Below are positions 49,000 through 60,381 of a stretch of 64,000 bases of DNA, one piece after another. This stretch comes from Oscillospiraceae bacterium (lineage in GTDB: Bacteria > Bacillota > Clostridia > Christensenellales > QALW01). Within the stretch, counting starts at the first letter, position 1. Each line of letters starts with the position of its first letter. The notes under the pieces are model-generated. The model did no database searches and was not told the origin of the DNA. It was given only the letters and a program-made list of their open reading frames with translations. The DNA is taken from assembly GCA_022009755.1 (NCBI GenBank), contig CP091722.1, positions 1,092,098 through 1,156,097 of the forward strand, written 5' to 3'. The translations under genes were made by a program, and so were the position numbers.

Positions 49000-49147
49000 A
49001 TTATAAATTAAATATATGTTTGTATGCACATGCAAGCATTATATTGTATTATACGCACTTTTCACTGTAAAACTCATTTTTATGTCGCAACGACGCAATA
49101 TATCCACGCACTTATTAAAACGGCACAAACAATATCATGACACGGCG

Positions 49148-50197
49148 TTATGCTTCGTCGCACAGATATGCCGTAAGCAGATCATAGGTGTTTTTAACGC
49201 CCTCGGTATGGCTGCGCTCATAGCCGTGGGAGGCATATACCCCCGCTCCTATGAGGGCATGTCTTATATCGCTGCACCGCACGGCCGCCGAGCAGTCCGA
49301 GCCGTAATAGGGGTACACATCCACCGCATATCCCAGCCCGTGCTTTACGGCCAGCTCCCTAAGGCGGCAGGTCATGGCATAGTTATACGGCCCGGAGCTG
49401 TCCAGCGCGCAGATGGAAACCTTCCTTTCATCGCAGCTGAGCCCGTCACCGACGCAGCCCATATCAACGCCCAGTATTTCCTCCACGCCCTCGGGGCAGA
49501 TTCCGCTGGCGCCGTGGCCCACCTCCTCATACACCGTAAAGTGCATATAGGCTTCTTTTGCGGTTTTTCTTCCGCAGGCCAGCTCATGCGCCGCGCCCAG
49601 CAGTATCGCCGCGCTAAGCTTATCGTCCAAAAAACGGCTTTTTATATATCCGGACGGGGTGATTACGCTGCGCGGGCAAACACACACATAGCAGCCGTTT
49701 TCTATGCCCAGAGCCGCCGTATCCTTATCGCTGTGCACATTTTCGTCCAGCACCACCTCAACTGTATCCCAGTTTCTCTCCTGCGACGCCGCCTCTTTGT
49801 TTACATGAAGAGAGGGGTTGCACAGCTGAAGGGTTCCGCCGCAGGTACGGCCGTCCCTTGTGTAGACGGTAACATTTTCCGTTTCCGTATTGGCAGCCGT
49901 GAGACCGCCCACATTTGTTACCTTCAGCCTGCCGTTTGGCTTTATGCTCTTTACCATGGCACCGAGAGTGTCTATATGCGCGCTTACCAGCACCGCGCCG
50001 CCCTCCGACGGCTTTTTTGCAAAAGCGCGCAGGTCGGCCAACACCCCGCCCTTTGCAGTGCGCACAACGGGTATTGAATCCTTTTCCAGCTGCTCCCGCA
50101 CATATTCCGCAGCCTTTTCCGTAAAGCCCGTAGGGCTGTCTATGCTCAGCAGCTCCTTAAGCCTTTCCAAAACATAATCCAGCTCTTTTTGCTGCAT
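49148..50197 (-). CDS. M42 family metallopeptidase (aminopeptidase/CelM-like)
   Basis: N-terminal LLSIDSPTGFTEKAAEYV and metal-ligand region VSAHIDTLGAMV. At 349 aa the length is typical for the family. Confidence 0.8.
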   Translation of the reverse strand: MQQKELDYVLERLKELLSIDSPTGFTEKAAEYVREQLEKDSIPVVRTAKGGVLADLRAFAKKPSEGGAVLVSAHIDTLGAMVKSIKPNGRLKVTNVGGLTAANTETENVTVYTRDGRTCGGTLQLCNPSLHVNKEAASQERNWDTVEVVLDENVHSDKDTAALGIENGCYVCVCPRSVITPSGYIKSRFLDDKLSAAILLGAAHELACGRKTAKEAYMHFTVYEEVGHGASGICPEGVEEILGVDMGCVGDGLSCDERKVSICALDSSGPYNYAMTCRLRELAVKHGLGYAVDVYPYYGSDCSAAVRCSDIRHALIGAGVYASHGYERSHTEGVKNTYDLLTAYLCDEA

Positions 50198-50289
50198 AAT
50201 ATCATCCTCTCCCCGTTTGCCGGTGTTATTGTATTAAATATTAAAATATTCTGTGTTTTGCGCTTGACTTCGCATTTCAAAAGCATCTT

Positions 50290-50314
50290 AAAAGCCCCGC
50301 AGCAGCGGGGCTTT
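50290..50314 (-). terminator. Intrinsic terminator downstream of the SGNH lipoprotein gene
   Basis: Stem GCCCCGC (50294-50300) / GCGGGGC (50305-50311). On the minus strand it is followed by TTTTAAG. Confidence 0.55.
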
Positions 50315-50321
50315 ACGGCTT

Positions 50322-51569
50322 TTAAGCAACGGCATTGAAATCATACAGCATGGTAAGCAGCTGCATGGTGTACATTCTTGCCAGCCAGTCATTGGGATGG
50401 TTGATGTTGTTGCCGGTGGTATCCTGATAATACTTGCGTGCAAGCAGATAGGAATGAAGCTTATACATATCCATTGCGGCAACGCCGGTTTTTTCCAGCT
50501 TCTTAAAGGCGGTACCATGCGTTTTCTGCATAAGATCCCAGCCGATGGTGCTGTTTGCATGGAAGGTGGAAACCACGATGTATTCGCAGTCCGGGTTTCC
50601 GGCGGAAATGGCATCCATCATGGCGGTTATATCCTGCGCCTCCACAACGCCGCCAACACGGGCATCGTTCATGCCGAAGCCCAAAATAACGATGTCCGGC
50701 TTTTCGTCCACCACCTTCTGCACATTCTCCACGCCGTTTTTAGCCTGCCAGCCTCCTACGGAATGATTGCTCAGCTCAATGGTGCATCCGGGATACAGTG
50801 CCTCCAGACGGTTTTTGAGCAGATCGAAGAATGTGGGAACATTGGGCTCACGGTTATATGTTGCGGAGGACTCGCAGCCGGTGAAAATGGAGTCGCCGTA
50901 TATTGACATTTTTACGGTTTGGCCGTTTTTCAGCTTTTCCAGCGTTTTGGGCAGCAGGCTGCCGGCAAATTCCGCATGGGGTATCTCATTTTCGGAAGGA
51001 TCATAGGTATAGGTTATGGCCAGCTGCTTGGAATAAAGCCATTCGCCCACGCAGTACATAGCGGTGCCGATAATGCCGTTCATGCCGCTGGTGCCGCAGT
51101 TGTCCTTATGCGGGCTGGTCAGGTCGCCCTTTTTGAAATAGGGAATAACAAAGTTTTCATCGCCCTCCAGCCAAATAAGGGTCTGCGGATCGTTTTCGTC
51201 AAATTTGAAGTGAACGCCCTCCTTAAGCTCGATGCCCAGGCTGTTATCCCGCACGGAAATAACCTGTATGGGCTTAAAAAGCAGCTTTGCGGTGATATTG
51301 CCCTCTTCATCCTCCTGGAAGGTGATGCACTCGTTGTACATGGTGCTGCTCTGCCAGATAGGCTGTGCCATTTCCTCATAACCGAAGGAATAGGTCAGCG
51401 ACGGATCCACCGTGGGCGGAGCCGGCTTGGGCGTGGGGGTAATTTCCGCCTCTTCAGTCTGCGTAACGGAAGGATTCGTGGGATTCGGCGTTGTCCCGCC
51501 TTCTCCGATACACCCTGCAAGAGCAAGGGCAAGCAATGCGGCCAAAGCCGCAGCAGCAAACTTTTTCAT
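50322..51569 (-). CDS. SGNH/GDSL hydrolase family lipoprotein
   Basis: Lipobox LALAGC, block I GDS (SIYGDSIFTG) and block III GxND (LGFGMNDA). Confidence 0.75.
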   Translation of the reverse strand: MKKFAAAALAALLALALAGCIGEGGTTPNPTNPSVTQTEEAEITPTPKPAPPTVDPSLTYSFGYEEMAQPIWQSSTMYNECITFQEDEEGNITAKLLFKPIQVISVRDNSLGIELKEGVHFKFDENDPQTLIWLEGDENFVIPYFKKGDLTSPHKDNCGTSGMNGIIGTAMYCVGEWLYSKQLAITYTYDPSENEIPHAEFAGSLLPKTLEKLKNGQTVKMSIYGDSIFTGCESSATYNREPNVPTFFDLLKNRLEALYPGCTIELSNHSVGGWQAKNGVENVQKVVDEKPDIVILGFGMNDARVGGVVEAQDITAMMDAISAGNPDCEYIVVSTFHANSTIGWDLMQKTHGTAFKKLEKTGVAAMDMYKLHSYLLARKYYQDTTGNNINHPNDWLARMYTMQLLTMLYDFNAVA

Positions 51570-51772
51570 ATAATCTCTCCTTGATTCCGCCGCGCTGTTG
51601 TGCCGCAGCGGTATTAATATATTCAGGGGGTATATTCCCCCCCGTATACTGACTACATTATAATACCGCGCGGGCTTTCTGTCATCGGTTTTTTGCTTTT
51701 TTATTAAAAGACAGCGTATTCCGAAGGGAACACGCCGTCCTGCAGCCCGATTATTGAATGCTCAGTGCCGTT

Positions 51773-52790
51773 CTATTCCTTTTTTCCTCCGCGCTTTTTA
51801 AGCGCAATCACTATACACACGGCGGCAACGGCAGCAGCGCATACGCAAGCGGCCGTAATTATCCATACGCTGCCGTTTTTCTGCTGCGGCTGCGAAGAAG
51901 CCGTACCCGTCGGGGCGGGCGATGCGGAATTTTCCGCCACCGGCGCGCTTTGCTCCGGAAGCGGCGTAACATTTACATTCACATGCTCCGGCCGCTCCAC
52001 CGCATTTCCGCGCTCGCCTATAAACTCAAAGCTGTCTATCATTATTCCGCCCTTATCCTCCGGGGCAAAGCCGTACAGCCTTATCTCCATGCTCACTTTG
52101 GTAATGCGCCCGAAATCAAAGCTGTCCGCGCTCTCAGGCGTCTGCTTGTCATCCGACCACAGCGGAAAATCCTGCCAACCGCATTCGTCGTCAAAGACTT
52201 CCCCGCCCTTTACGGCAAAGGGCAGCACAACATAGCCTTCAAAGCCGTAGGGCACAAGTATTCCGCACCCGCTCGTATCGGTATATGCCTCCATGTCGCT
52301 CACTTCGCCCTGCAAATCTATAAGATATGTGCCCTCTGCGGGGCCGATTACATATTTCGCCGTTTTGACCGTCAACATTCACCACAAAGGCTACGCTTAC
52401 ATCATACTCGGTATCGTTTTTTACATAAAAGCGCATTGCCGCAGCCCTGCCCCAAAGCTCTTTGTTTTCCAGCGCCGGCATCCGCGCACGCATAACCGAT
52501 TTATCATAGCCCTGCTCGTTTGAATAGTTGGGAGTAAAGAGTAATCCGTTTCCGTTATGACCCGGGGTCACGGTCACCGTGCCCTCCGTCATCTCCCAGA
52601 ATCCGTGCGGCTCAAACGGCCCGATGATATCCGAGCCCTCGGTGCCGATATTGTCCTCCCGAGCGTTTTCAAACTCCACGGAGCCTGTCACCTGCGCCTG
52701 TTCATACGGCACCGCAAAAACGGTCATCCCGGGCAATACGGTCAAAAGCAGCAATACTGCAAGCGTCAACACCGTAAGCTTCAGCTTCAT
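51773..52790 (-). CDS. Hypothetical secreted, C-terminally membrane-anchored protein; one apparent frameshift
   Basis: Signal peptide MKLKLTVLTLAVLLLLTVLPGMTVFA and a C-terminal TM helix plus basic tail (WIITAACVCAAAVAAVCIVIALKKRGGKKE). ORFs 52916-52239 and 52378-51773 overlap at the break. Confidence 0.55.
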
Positions 52791-53006
52791 AAAACAATCC
52801 TCCCAATTTGCCGCACTGTTTTCCGTTGCGGGGTGGCGGCTTTTTATAATTTCAAAAAAGATTATAAAACACCCGCCGCATTGATGGGAATGAACGATTT
52901 TAACTCTCAGGCGCACTATATTAACGCATTCGCCCCGCTAACCCTTAATATCGCAAATACCGCCATAAATGTTACTTTCGGGCAGCCCGGATACACAAAG
53001 AATCGC

Positions 53007-55135
53007 TTATTCCGTTCTTATGCTGATTTTTTCTCCGATACCCACGGTGCCGTTAAACGCCTGCGAACCGTTTGCAATTACGGTCAGAACAATTTCGTCT
53101 CCGTTTTTCAAAACCCTGATATCCACATCCGCGCCCGCTATTTTCACATTGGATATACTTGCCTTGTCCCACTGCTTCGGTATGTTTATGCAAAGTTCAA
53201 AGCTCTTAAGGCCTGTTGGGCGCAGCCCGAATAAACCCTCGGAAAAAATGCGGCAATACAGTGCGCTTTCCGCGGAAAGATGTGCGGCATTTCCCTCGGG
53301 ATACGCCTCCACTGCATACGGAACATGTTCCCCTAACAGACGCGTATGCGTATATGTACGCAATTTATCAATAACCCATGTTTCTCCGGAAGCAAACGCG
53401 CCCCGAAAAGCATACAGTGTGGAGCGGTCCCAATATGTTTTGTCCCCCGCCTGTGTTACCACTCCGTTTTCGCTCCAAAGCCTGCTTGCAAACAGGGCCT
53501 TTACGGTTTCCTCCGCCCTGTTATATATTCCTACGGTAAGCGGCAGGCATATCCACGAGCGCAATATGTCGTTGCCATCATAATAGCGATAGGTATCGTA
53601 TCCCTCCACCTCTGCGCCGAAATAGCTTTCTATGCTGCTTTTAAGCTCCGCAGCCTCTTTGGCATAATAATCCGCCTTTGACGGTTCAAAAGCTGCGGCA
53701 AGATAACAAAGGCTGTTAAGCGCGTCATATGTCAGGCAGGATGTAAACAGATTTGCTTCCCCCGAAGGATATCGCGTTTCCAGCTCATCCGACCGGCTGG
53801 CTATAACGCCTCTTTGTGTTTTTTTGCCGAGTGCATAGTTCATGCAGCGAACCGCCAGATCATACATGTTCCGTGCCGTGTCCGCCTCTCCGCACTCCAG
53901 CGCAAAACGGGCAGCCCCGTAGGCCACCATGGAAGCATCTCCCCTGTCAAAAGCAAAAAAGCTCTTTTTACCCAGCGCAATTATGCTGGACGGAATAGAA
54001 AACCGCTTGGCATATTTGCCGAACAGCTCAAAGCAATCAACAGCGGATTCATAGCCCACCCGGCTTCCGCAATAGCCGAAAAAAGGATTTGCATACTCGC
54101 ACTGATCATTCGCCCATACCCCGCCGTAATAGTTGCCGCCTCCCGGAGAATGGATATACAGCCCGTCGTCAGTAAGCGTTATGCTTTCAAGCGCGCGTAT
54201 TTTGCACATTCTGTACATGACATTAAGCTCCGGCTCCGGAGTTTCCAGCACGCTTACGGAATCCGTTTCCGCAATGAAGGCTTCTCTGCTTTTCATCGCC
54301 TCCGCACAATCAAGTGAGAATACTTTCTCTCTTGCCGCTCCGTTTACCATATAAACCGTTGCAGTCTCTCCGGGCTGCAAAGTAATGCTGTGCACATAGT
54401 TTTTATCGGAAGAATATTTACCCCCTTCATCGGCAAGCCCGCTGAAAATTGTATATGACGCTTTCTTTTTGCCCTTCTTCTCGTCGGTACTGCCCTGATA
54501 ATCCGGAACGGAAACATTAAACTTCAGCACGCCTTCTCCCGTGTTTTCATATATATACTGCTCCACCGAAGCCGTGGTATCCGTTGGCGTAATAATCCGT
54601 TTTATACCGAGAGCTCCTTCCAGCGCATTGCTTATAACGGTAACTCTGCCGTCTATTATTATGCTGTTTACCGTCTCGTTTCCACGCCGTTTTCCGTACT
54701 TACGGATGCGGACTGCGCAAAATTATGGCTCAGCGAACCGAAAGTATCGTCCGGCATTTTTCTGAGGGTAGGAAATACAATATGCTGCAAAATAACGAGT
54801 TTGCCCGCCGAATTTACTCCGAAATTTATTATATTGCTTGCCTTAAGTCCCGTCTGCTCAATATGATCGTAATGAGGCAGATCTTTATCTTCGTCTGCTT
54901 GCCAGATTATCCCGCTGCCGTAGAGGCGCCATCTTCCGCTGTCCGGCTGCGAAGATGCCGAAGCGGCCCATGAGGGGTAGCTGTCGCAGACAACATCGAA
55001 GTGCATTGCGCTTTCAACCCGGTGTCCCACAGCGGTGTGGCAGGATTTTTCGCTCTCCGATATCTGCGGAGTCGGTCCGCACCCGCCTAACAGAACCATT
55101 GTCCCAAGAGCAATGCAGCACATCTGTTTATACAT
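53007..55135 (-). CDS. Lipoprotein, possibly glycoside hydrolase-like (family uncertain); one apparent frameshift
   Basis: N-terminal MYKQMCCIALGTMVLLGGCG lipobox. The 519-aa C-terminal ORF contains GGNYYGGVWANDQCEYANPFFGY. The fragments 55174-54668 and 54566-53007 are collinear. Confidence 0.55.
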
Positions 55136-55366
55136 AATCCATCCTCCGCATATAAATTTGCTTCTTGCCGGCATGTAACCAAGGGCATACCGCCGCCTAA
55201 TTTGATTTCATTATATATTGCGGTTTATCCACAGTCAACGGTGTTTTTGTTCAATTTTGGGGAATTACATACCGATGTAATATGCCTCCGAATGTATGCA
55301 GGCAAGCCCCGCAAGCCGACTTTGTTTAAGCAAAACGGCCAATACGGAAAGGCACATAAAAAAATC

Positions 55367-55395
55367 TTGACAAAGCAGCACACAATGCGTATAAT
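55367..55395 (+). promoter_or_regulatory. Consensus sigma-A promoter for rplM-rpsI
   Basis: TTGACA (55367-55372), a 17-nt spacer, then TATAAT (55390-55395). Confidence 0.65.
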
Positions 55396-55443
55396 AATTC
55401 AGTGCCTGTAATGGGCAAAATATACCTATTTTCGGAGGTCATT

Positions 55444-55879
55444 ATGAAATCTTATGTCGCTAAACCCGGCAGCGTCGAGAGCAAATGGTACATTGTTGAC
55501 GCAGACGGGCAGACTCTTTGGCAGAATGGCAAGCCAGGTTGCAGCTATTCTCCGCGGCAAAAACAAGCCTACCTTTACCCCCAATGTGGACTGCGGCGAT
55601 CATGTGATCATCATCAATGCCGAGAAGGCCATCCTTACCGGCAAGAAGCTGGATCAGAAGCTTTATCGCCGTCACTCCGGCTACATCAGCGGAATGAAGG
55701 AAATCCCCTATCGCCGTTTGATGGAAACCAAGCCCGAGCTGGTCGTCTATGAGGCAGTTCGCGGTATGCTCCCGCACAACTCTATGGGCAGAACCATGAT
55801 CAAGAAGCTTCGCGTTTACAAGGGCGCTCAGCACGATCATGCAGCTCAGAAGCCCGTAGCCATTGAGCTTGTTAAATAA
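55444..55879 (+). CDS. rplM: 50S ribosomal protein L13; one apparent frameshift
   Basis: [25 protein letters not shown] then [36 protein letters not shown]. The frames join if one T is removed from the T-run 55517-55519. ATG 55444 is preceded by GGAGG. Confidence 0.95.
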
Positions 55880-55893
55880 GGGAGGATAAAAAA

Positions 55894-56286
55894 ATGGCAA
55901 TAACTCAGTTTTGGGGCACCGGCAGAAGAAAGACCGCTGTTGCCCGCGTAAGATTGGTTCCCGGCAAGGGCGATATCACCATCAATAAGCGCACTATGGA
56001 CGATTATTTCGGTTTGGAGACCCTCAAAATGATGGTTCGCCAGCCCCTTGAGCTTACCGGCACCGGCGCTAAATACGATGTACTGGTAAATGTTAAGGGC
56101 GGCGGCTTCACCGGTCAGGCCGGTGCCATCCGTCACGGCATCTCCAGAGCTCTGCTTAAGGCCGAGCCCGATCTGCGTTCCTCTCTGAAGGCCGCCGGCT
56201 TCCTTACCCGCGACCCCAGAATGAAGGAAAGAAAGAAGTATGGCTTGAAGGCCGCTCGTCGCGCACCGCAGTTCAGCAAGCGCTGA
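55894..56286 (+). CDS. rpsI: 30S ribosomal protein S9
   Basis: 130 aa with [19 protein letters not shown] and the C-terminal RRAPQFSKR. Confidence 0.97.
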   Translation: MAITQFWGTGRRKTAVARVRLVPGKGDITINKRTMDDYFGLETLKMMVRQPLELTGTGAKYDVLVNVKGGGFTGQAGAIRHGISRALLKAEPDLRSSLKAAGFLTRDPRMKERKKYGLKAARRAPQFSKR

Positions 56287-56317
56287 TCCGACGCGATTTT
56301 ACAACCAAATTGCTTCA

Positions 56318-56352
56318 AAAACCCCGGAAAACAGCCGTTTTCCGGGGTTTTC
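56318..56352 (+). terminator. Intrinsic terminator of rplM-rpsI
   Basis: CCCCGGAAAAC (56322-56332) / GTTTTCCGGGG (56337-56347), followed by TTTTC. Confidence 0.8.
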
Positions 56353-56552
56353 TTATATCCGTTGTGTTTGTTCTGCTTTCAAAAAATCTGATGGGATCAG
56401 ACCCGGTTTGACGCGATTTTTTCATGTTAACGATAGGTTAAATGCCGTTTTTGACCCCGAAACTGTTAACGGATGGGCTAATTTTTAATGTGTTCTCACG
56501 CGCACATATATACAGCGCATATAACGAAAGTTGCACGGCTTTTATTTACCTC

Positions 56553-56580
56553 TTGACATTTATCATAATATGGCTATAAT
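56553..56580 (+). promoter_or_regulatory. Consensus sigma-A promoter for the TetR-family gene
   Basis: TTGACA (56553-56558), a 16-nt spacer, then TATAAT (56575-56580). Confidence 0.6.
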
Positions 56581-56584
56581 ACAA

Positions 56585-56602
56585 CTAACTAATGTTAGTT
56601 AG
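56585..56602. promoter_or_regulatory. Perfect 8-2-8 palindrome, likely TetR operator
   Basis: CTAACTAA tg TTAGTTAG lies immediately downstream of the -10 box and 12 nt upstream of the TetR ATG. Confidence 0.5.
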
Positions 56603-56613
56603 CGAGGCAAGCT

Positions 56614-57228
56614 ATGAAGCAAGAGGACACCAAGCAAAAAATTTTGGATAAGGCTTTGGAGCTGTTTGCTGCCAAAGGATATGATTCCATCAGCGTAGGC
56701 GATATCGCAGAGGCAGTCGGCATAAAGGCGCCGTCGCTGTATAATCATTTTCCCGGCAAGCAGGCAATCTTTAACGCCATAGTGGAATCCACGGCAGCAC
56801 AGTATGAGGCGGATACCGATAAAATCGACATACATGTACAGGATGTGCACAGAGACATTCCGATTTTTACGGAAATCACTGCGGATGCGCTTTTTGAAAA
56901 GGTGCGGCAGATATTTGAATACTCTCTTCACAACGAAGCCATCAGCCGCTTCCGCCGCATGATGACCATTGAGCAGTTCCGTTCTCCGGAACTGGCATCG
57001 CTTTACACAAAGCGGTATGTGGAACGCATTCTTCACTACCACGCCGACATCTTCCGCGCCCTGACAGCCTCCGGCGAGATTTGCGCAGAAGACCCGGATG
57101 CACTGGCCATGATGTATGTTGCCCCGGTCGTTACGCTCATCGGCATTTGCGACCGTCAGCCCGAACGGGAGGCCGAGTGCTTGGAAAAGCTTAAATCATG
57201 TGACTCTCTTTTTCCGCATGGTTCATAA
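56614..57228 (+). CDS. TetR/AcrR family transcriptional regulator
   Basis: N-terminal HTH ILDKALELFAAKGYDSISVGDIAEAVGIKAPSLYNHFPGKQAIF. Confidence 0.9.
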   Translation: MKQEDTKQKILDKALELFAAKGYDSISVGDIAEAVGIKAPSLYNHFPGKQAIFNAIVESTAAQYEADTDKIDIHVQDVHRDIPIFTEITADALFEKVRQIFEYSLHNEAISRFRRMMTIEQFRSPELASLYTKRYVERILHYHADIFRALTASGEICAEDPDALAMMYVAPVVTLIGICDRQPEREAECLEKLKSCDSLFPHGS

Positions 57229-57309
57229 GAGCTTATAGGGCGTTTAACGCCGCAGGTATTATTACAGGCGGAAAACGGATTATACGCCCCTTTTTTCAGG
57301 AGGAAAATC

Positions 57310-57963
57310 ATGAAGAAATCATTGATACAGAAGCTCGGGCTGCTGGGCATTGTCAGCTTTCTTTCGTACTCGGCAGCAGTGGTGTTTGCGCCGCTTGCTT
57401 ACCCCGGCTATAACCCGCTGTCACAGGCGGTCAGCGACCTGAGCGCCGCCAACGCGCCGTCGCTGGCGCTTTGGAATCAGCTCAGCGCCCTTTACGGCGT
57501 GTGCGAGGTTGTTTGCGCCACGGTTGTCTGCATCGGCATCCGGGGGCTGAAAACCAAGCCGCTCCGCTTCGGCATTTATCTGTTCGCCGTCATGGAGTGG
57601 ATTTCGGCGGTTGGGTATCGGATGTTCCCGCTGTCAAGCAGCGGATACGCAGGAAACTTTCAGGATGTGATGCACATGATCGTCACCGCTTTGGCTGTGC
57701 TGCTGTCCATCGTATCGCTGACCGTTATCATTATCGCCGGGGCTAAAAACAGAAATTGTCTCTCCTACGGCATATGCGCAGGCGTTGCCCTTGGCATGAT
57801 GCTTGTCGGCGCGATAGGTATGAAAATCGTCCCCGCCGAATATTTCGGTGTGGTTGAGCGCTTCAGCGTGTTTGCGGCAACTGGCTTCAATGCGGCACTT
57901 GGTATTCACCTGTTTTGCACAAAATCACAGCAAAACAATTTAACAAAGGAGCATGAATTATAA
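57310..57963 (+). CDS. DUF998-like integral membrane protein
   Basis: Six predicted TM helices and an N-terminal AYPGYNPLSQAVSDLSA motif that resembles DUF998 proteins. Confidence 0.6.
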   Translation: MKKSLIQKLGLLGIVSFLSYSAAVVFAPLAYPGYNPLSQAVSDLSAANAPSLALWNQLSALYGVCEVVCATVVCIGIRGLKTKPLRFGIYLFAVMEWISAVGYRMFPLSSSGYAGNFQDVMHMIVTALAVLLSIVSLTVIIIAGAKNRNCLSYGICAGVALGMMLVGAIGMKIVPAEYFGVVERFSVFAATGFNAALGIHLFCTKSQQNNLTKEHEL

Positions 57964-58586
57964 TGAAAAAGAATATTACCATTCGTCTTGAAAACGAAAA
58001 CGACTATCGAAATGTCGAAAACCTTACCCGCGAAGCTTTTTGGAATGTCTACCGTCCCGGCTGCATGGAGCACTATGTACTGCATTGCTATCGGAGGGAC
58101 CCGGACTTTGTGCCGGAGCTGGACTTTGTTATGGAGCTGAACGGCGAGCTGATCGGACAGGTCATCTATGTGCGGTCGGAAATTGACTGCGATGACGGAA
58201 GAAAGATACCGATCATGACCTTCGGCCCCATCGGCATTGCGCCCGCATACAAGCGGCAGGGCTACGGAAAACAGTTGCTGGACTATTCCATGGAAAAAGC
58301 TAAGGAAATGGGTGCAGGAGCACTTGCCATCACCGGCAATATTCTGTTTTACGGCAAATCCGGCTTTGTTCCGGCAAAAACAAAAGGCGTGCGCTATGCA
58401 GACGACCCGGAGGCGGATTATTTTCTCATCAAGGAGCTGACTCCCGGCTTTTTGGACGGCATTTCCGGCACCTACAAAGACCCTGAGGGCTATTTTGTCT
58501 GTGAAAAAGATCCTGAGGGCTTTGAATGGTTTGAAGCGACATTCCCGAAGAAGGAAAAGCAGAAGCTGCCGGGACAGCTGTTCTGA
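57963..58586 (+). CDS. GNAT family N-acetyltransferase
   Basis: Motif A IAPAYKRQGYGKQLL. The start is adjacent to the stop of the preceding gene. Confidence 0.8.
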   Translation: MKKNITIRLENENDYRNVENLTREAFWNVYRPGCMEHYVLHCYRRDPDFVPELDFVMELNGELIGQVIYVRSEIDCDDGRKIPIMTFGPIGIAPAYKRQGYGKQLLDYSMEKAKEMGAGALAITGNILFYGKSGFVPAKTKGVRYADDPEADYFLIKELTPGFLDGISGTYKDPEGYFVCEKDPEGFEWFEATFPKKEKQKLPGQLF

Positions 58587-58644
58587 ACCGGGAGCGCACG
58601 AATGATGCAAGAAGCAGGCAATGCAAAGGGCGGCGCATAAATGA

Positions 58645-59010
58645 ATGGCATCAAGTAAAGAGTATCTTCATTTCATTTTGGAGCAGCTATCCGATTTGAA
58701 CGATGTTTCTTACCGTCCCATGATGGGGGAATATATCCTCCGTTATCGCGGTAAAATCATCGGCGGAATATATGATAATAGGCTGCTTGTAAAGCCCGTA
58801 AAATCGGCTTTGAGATATATGCCCACGGCTGTTTTGGACCGTCCGTATGACGGAGCGCACGAAATGCTGCGTGTTGACGAGGTTGACAGCAGGGAATTCC
58901 TTACAAAGCTGTTTGAAGCAATGTATGATGAATTGCCATCGCCCAAACGAAGAAACAGCGGAAGGCGGCGATACACATTCCCGAAAGAAGGAACTAAAGA
59001 TGAAAAATAA
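58645..59010 (+). CDS. TfoX/Sxy N-terminal domain protein
   Basis: 121 aa; EYLHFILEQLSDL...YRPMMGEYILRYRGKIIGGIYDNRLLVK is typical of the TfoX N-terminal domain. Confidence 0.7.
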   Translation: MASSKEYLHFILEQLSDLNDVSYRPMMGEYILRYRGKIIGGIYDNRLLVKPVKSALRYMPTAVLDRPYDGAHEMLRVDEVDSREFLTKLFEAMYDELPSPKRRNSGRRRYTFPKEGTKDEK

Positions 59011-59629
59011 AATCTATCCCCGCGCGCACGACAAGCAGACGGTTTACTTAAAGGATGTAATCACGGGAGCAAACATCGAGGTCGGCGACTACACGATCTA
59101 CAACGATTTCGTCCGCGATCCCCGCGATTTTGAAAAGAACAATGTGCTTTATCACTATCCGATCAACGGCGACCGCCTGATTATCGGAAAATTCTGTTCG
59201 ATTGCCTGCGGTGCAAAATTCCTGTTCACCAGCGGGAATCATTCGATGAAGTCACTGTCCTCCTACACCTTTCCCCTCTTTTTTGACGAATGGGAGCTTG
59301 ATGTAAAAAACATCCGCGACGCATGGGACAACAAAGGCGACACCGTGATCGGCAATGATGTGTGGATAGGCTATGAGGCGGTCATCATGCCGGGTGTAAA
59401 AATCGGCGACGGCGCAATTATCGGCACCCGCGCCGTGGTAACAAAGAATGTACCGCCCTATACCATTGTGGGCGGCGTCCCCGCCAAACCCATCCGCAGA
59501 CGGTTTGACAATGCAACGATTGATAAATTGGAGGCCCTGCGCTGGTGGGACTGGGACTATGAAAAAATCAAGCGCAGTATTCCCGCTATTCAGTCGGGAA
59601 ACCTTGCGGCATTGGAGCAGGCGGAATAA
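59000..59629 (+). CDS. vat: Vat-type xenobiotic (streptogramin A-like) O-acetyltransferase, hexapeptide-repeat family
   Basis: VLYHYPINGDRLIIGKFCSIA, GNDVWIGYEAVIMPGVKIGDGAIIGTRAVVTKNVPPYTIVGGVPAKPIRRRF and LRWWDW are collinear with Vat/XAT enzymes. ATG 59000 is used, which overlaps the TfoX gene by 11 nt. Confidence 0.8.
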   Translation: MKNKIYPRAHDKQTVYLKDVITGANIEVGDYTIYNDFVRDPRDFEKNNVLYHYPINGDRLIIGKFCSIACGAKFLFTSGNHSMKSLSSYTFPLFFDEWELDVKNIRDAWDNKGDTVIGNDVWIGYEAVIMPGVKIGDGAIIGTRAVVTKNVPPYTIVGGVPAKPIRRRFDNATIDKLEALRWWDWDYEKIKRSIPAIQSGNLAALEQAE

Positions 59630-59858
59630 AGCCTGCCGCTGTCGATTATAATGCAGCCGCCTGCGCCGATGCGTATGCGCTTTGGCTGAGTGCGCCGCAT
59701 TCTTCCTTTTTCAAAACGCCGCATGTCACGCCGCTTGCCCGGCTAAGCCGCAAATGCCGGCGGCAAGCTGACAGGCGGTGTTTTGTTATCAGGCTGTAAG
59801 AACGGCCGGTGTACCGGCATCCGAAGCGTCTAAAAAAGCATAACAGGATAAACACATT

Positions 59859-60359
59859 ATGAATTTTGAAAGTATTTTTACACCGTACAAAGCACGAAAG
59901 CTTACAGAGGCCGATATTCCGGGCATCCTGAATTTATATTCGGAAAACACGGAATACTTTAAGCATTGTCCTCCGAATCCGAACAGCGAAACGGTAAAAG
60001 AAGATTTGGCTGCCTTGCCTCCGGCAAAGGAAGCGGCGGATAAATACTTTATCGGCATTTTTGACGGTGATTCTCTTATTGCGGTTCTGGATCTGATTGA
60101 CCGATATCCGGATAACCGAACTGCCTTCATCGGGCTTTTTATGGTGTTGAAAAGCCTCCAGAGAAAAGGTATCGGAACATATATTGCAAAAGCGCTTTCA
60201 CAGGCGCTCAAAACAGAAGGTTACATGCGTATCAGGCTGGGATATATTAAAACCAACTTGTCCGCACAGTGCTTTTGGCTAAAACAGGGCTTTCGGCCAA
60301 CCGGGGCAGAATCCGTTAGGGAGCATTATACGGTGATTGAAGCAGAAAAAACACTCTGA
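59859..60359 (+). CDS. GNAT family N-acetyltransferase
   Basis: Motif A LKSLQRKGIGTYIAKAL; 166 aa. Confidence 0.8.
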   Translation: MNFESIFTPYKARKLTEADIPGILNLYSENTEYFKHCPPNPNSETVKEDLAALPPAKEAADKYFIGIFDGDSLIAVLDLIDRYPDNRTAFIGLFMVLKSLQRKGIGTYIAKALSQALKTEGYMRIRLGYIKTNLSAQCFWLKQGFRPTGAESVREHYTVIEAEKTL

Positions 60360-60381
60360 ATGTGCGGTGAAACAAACCGTC

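Noticed and set aside
56290-56420. 11-bp direct repeat GACGCGATTTT (56290-56300 and 56410-56420) flanking the rpsI terminator, considered as possible att-like island boundaries.
   Set aside because: The repeats are only 120 bp apart and enclose nothing but the terminator. An 11-bp match can occur by chance in 64 kb. No integrase, tRNA or matching repeat was seen at the distal end of the accessory cluster within the window.
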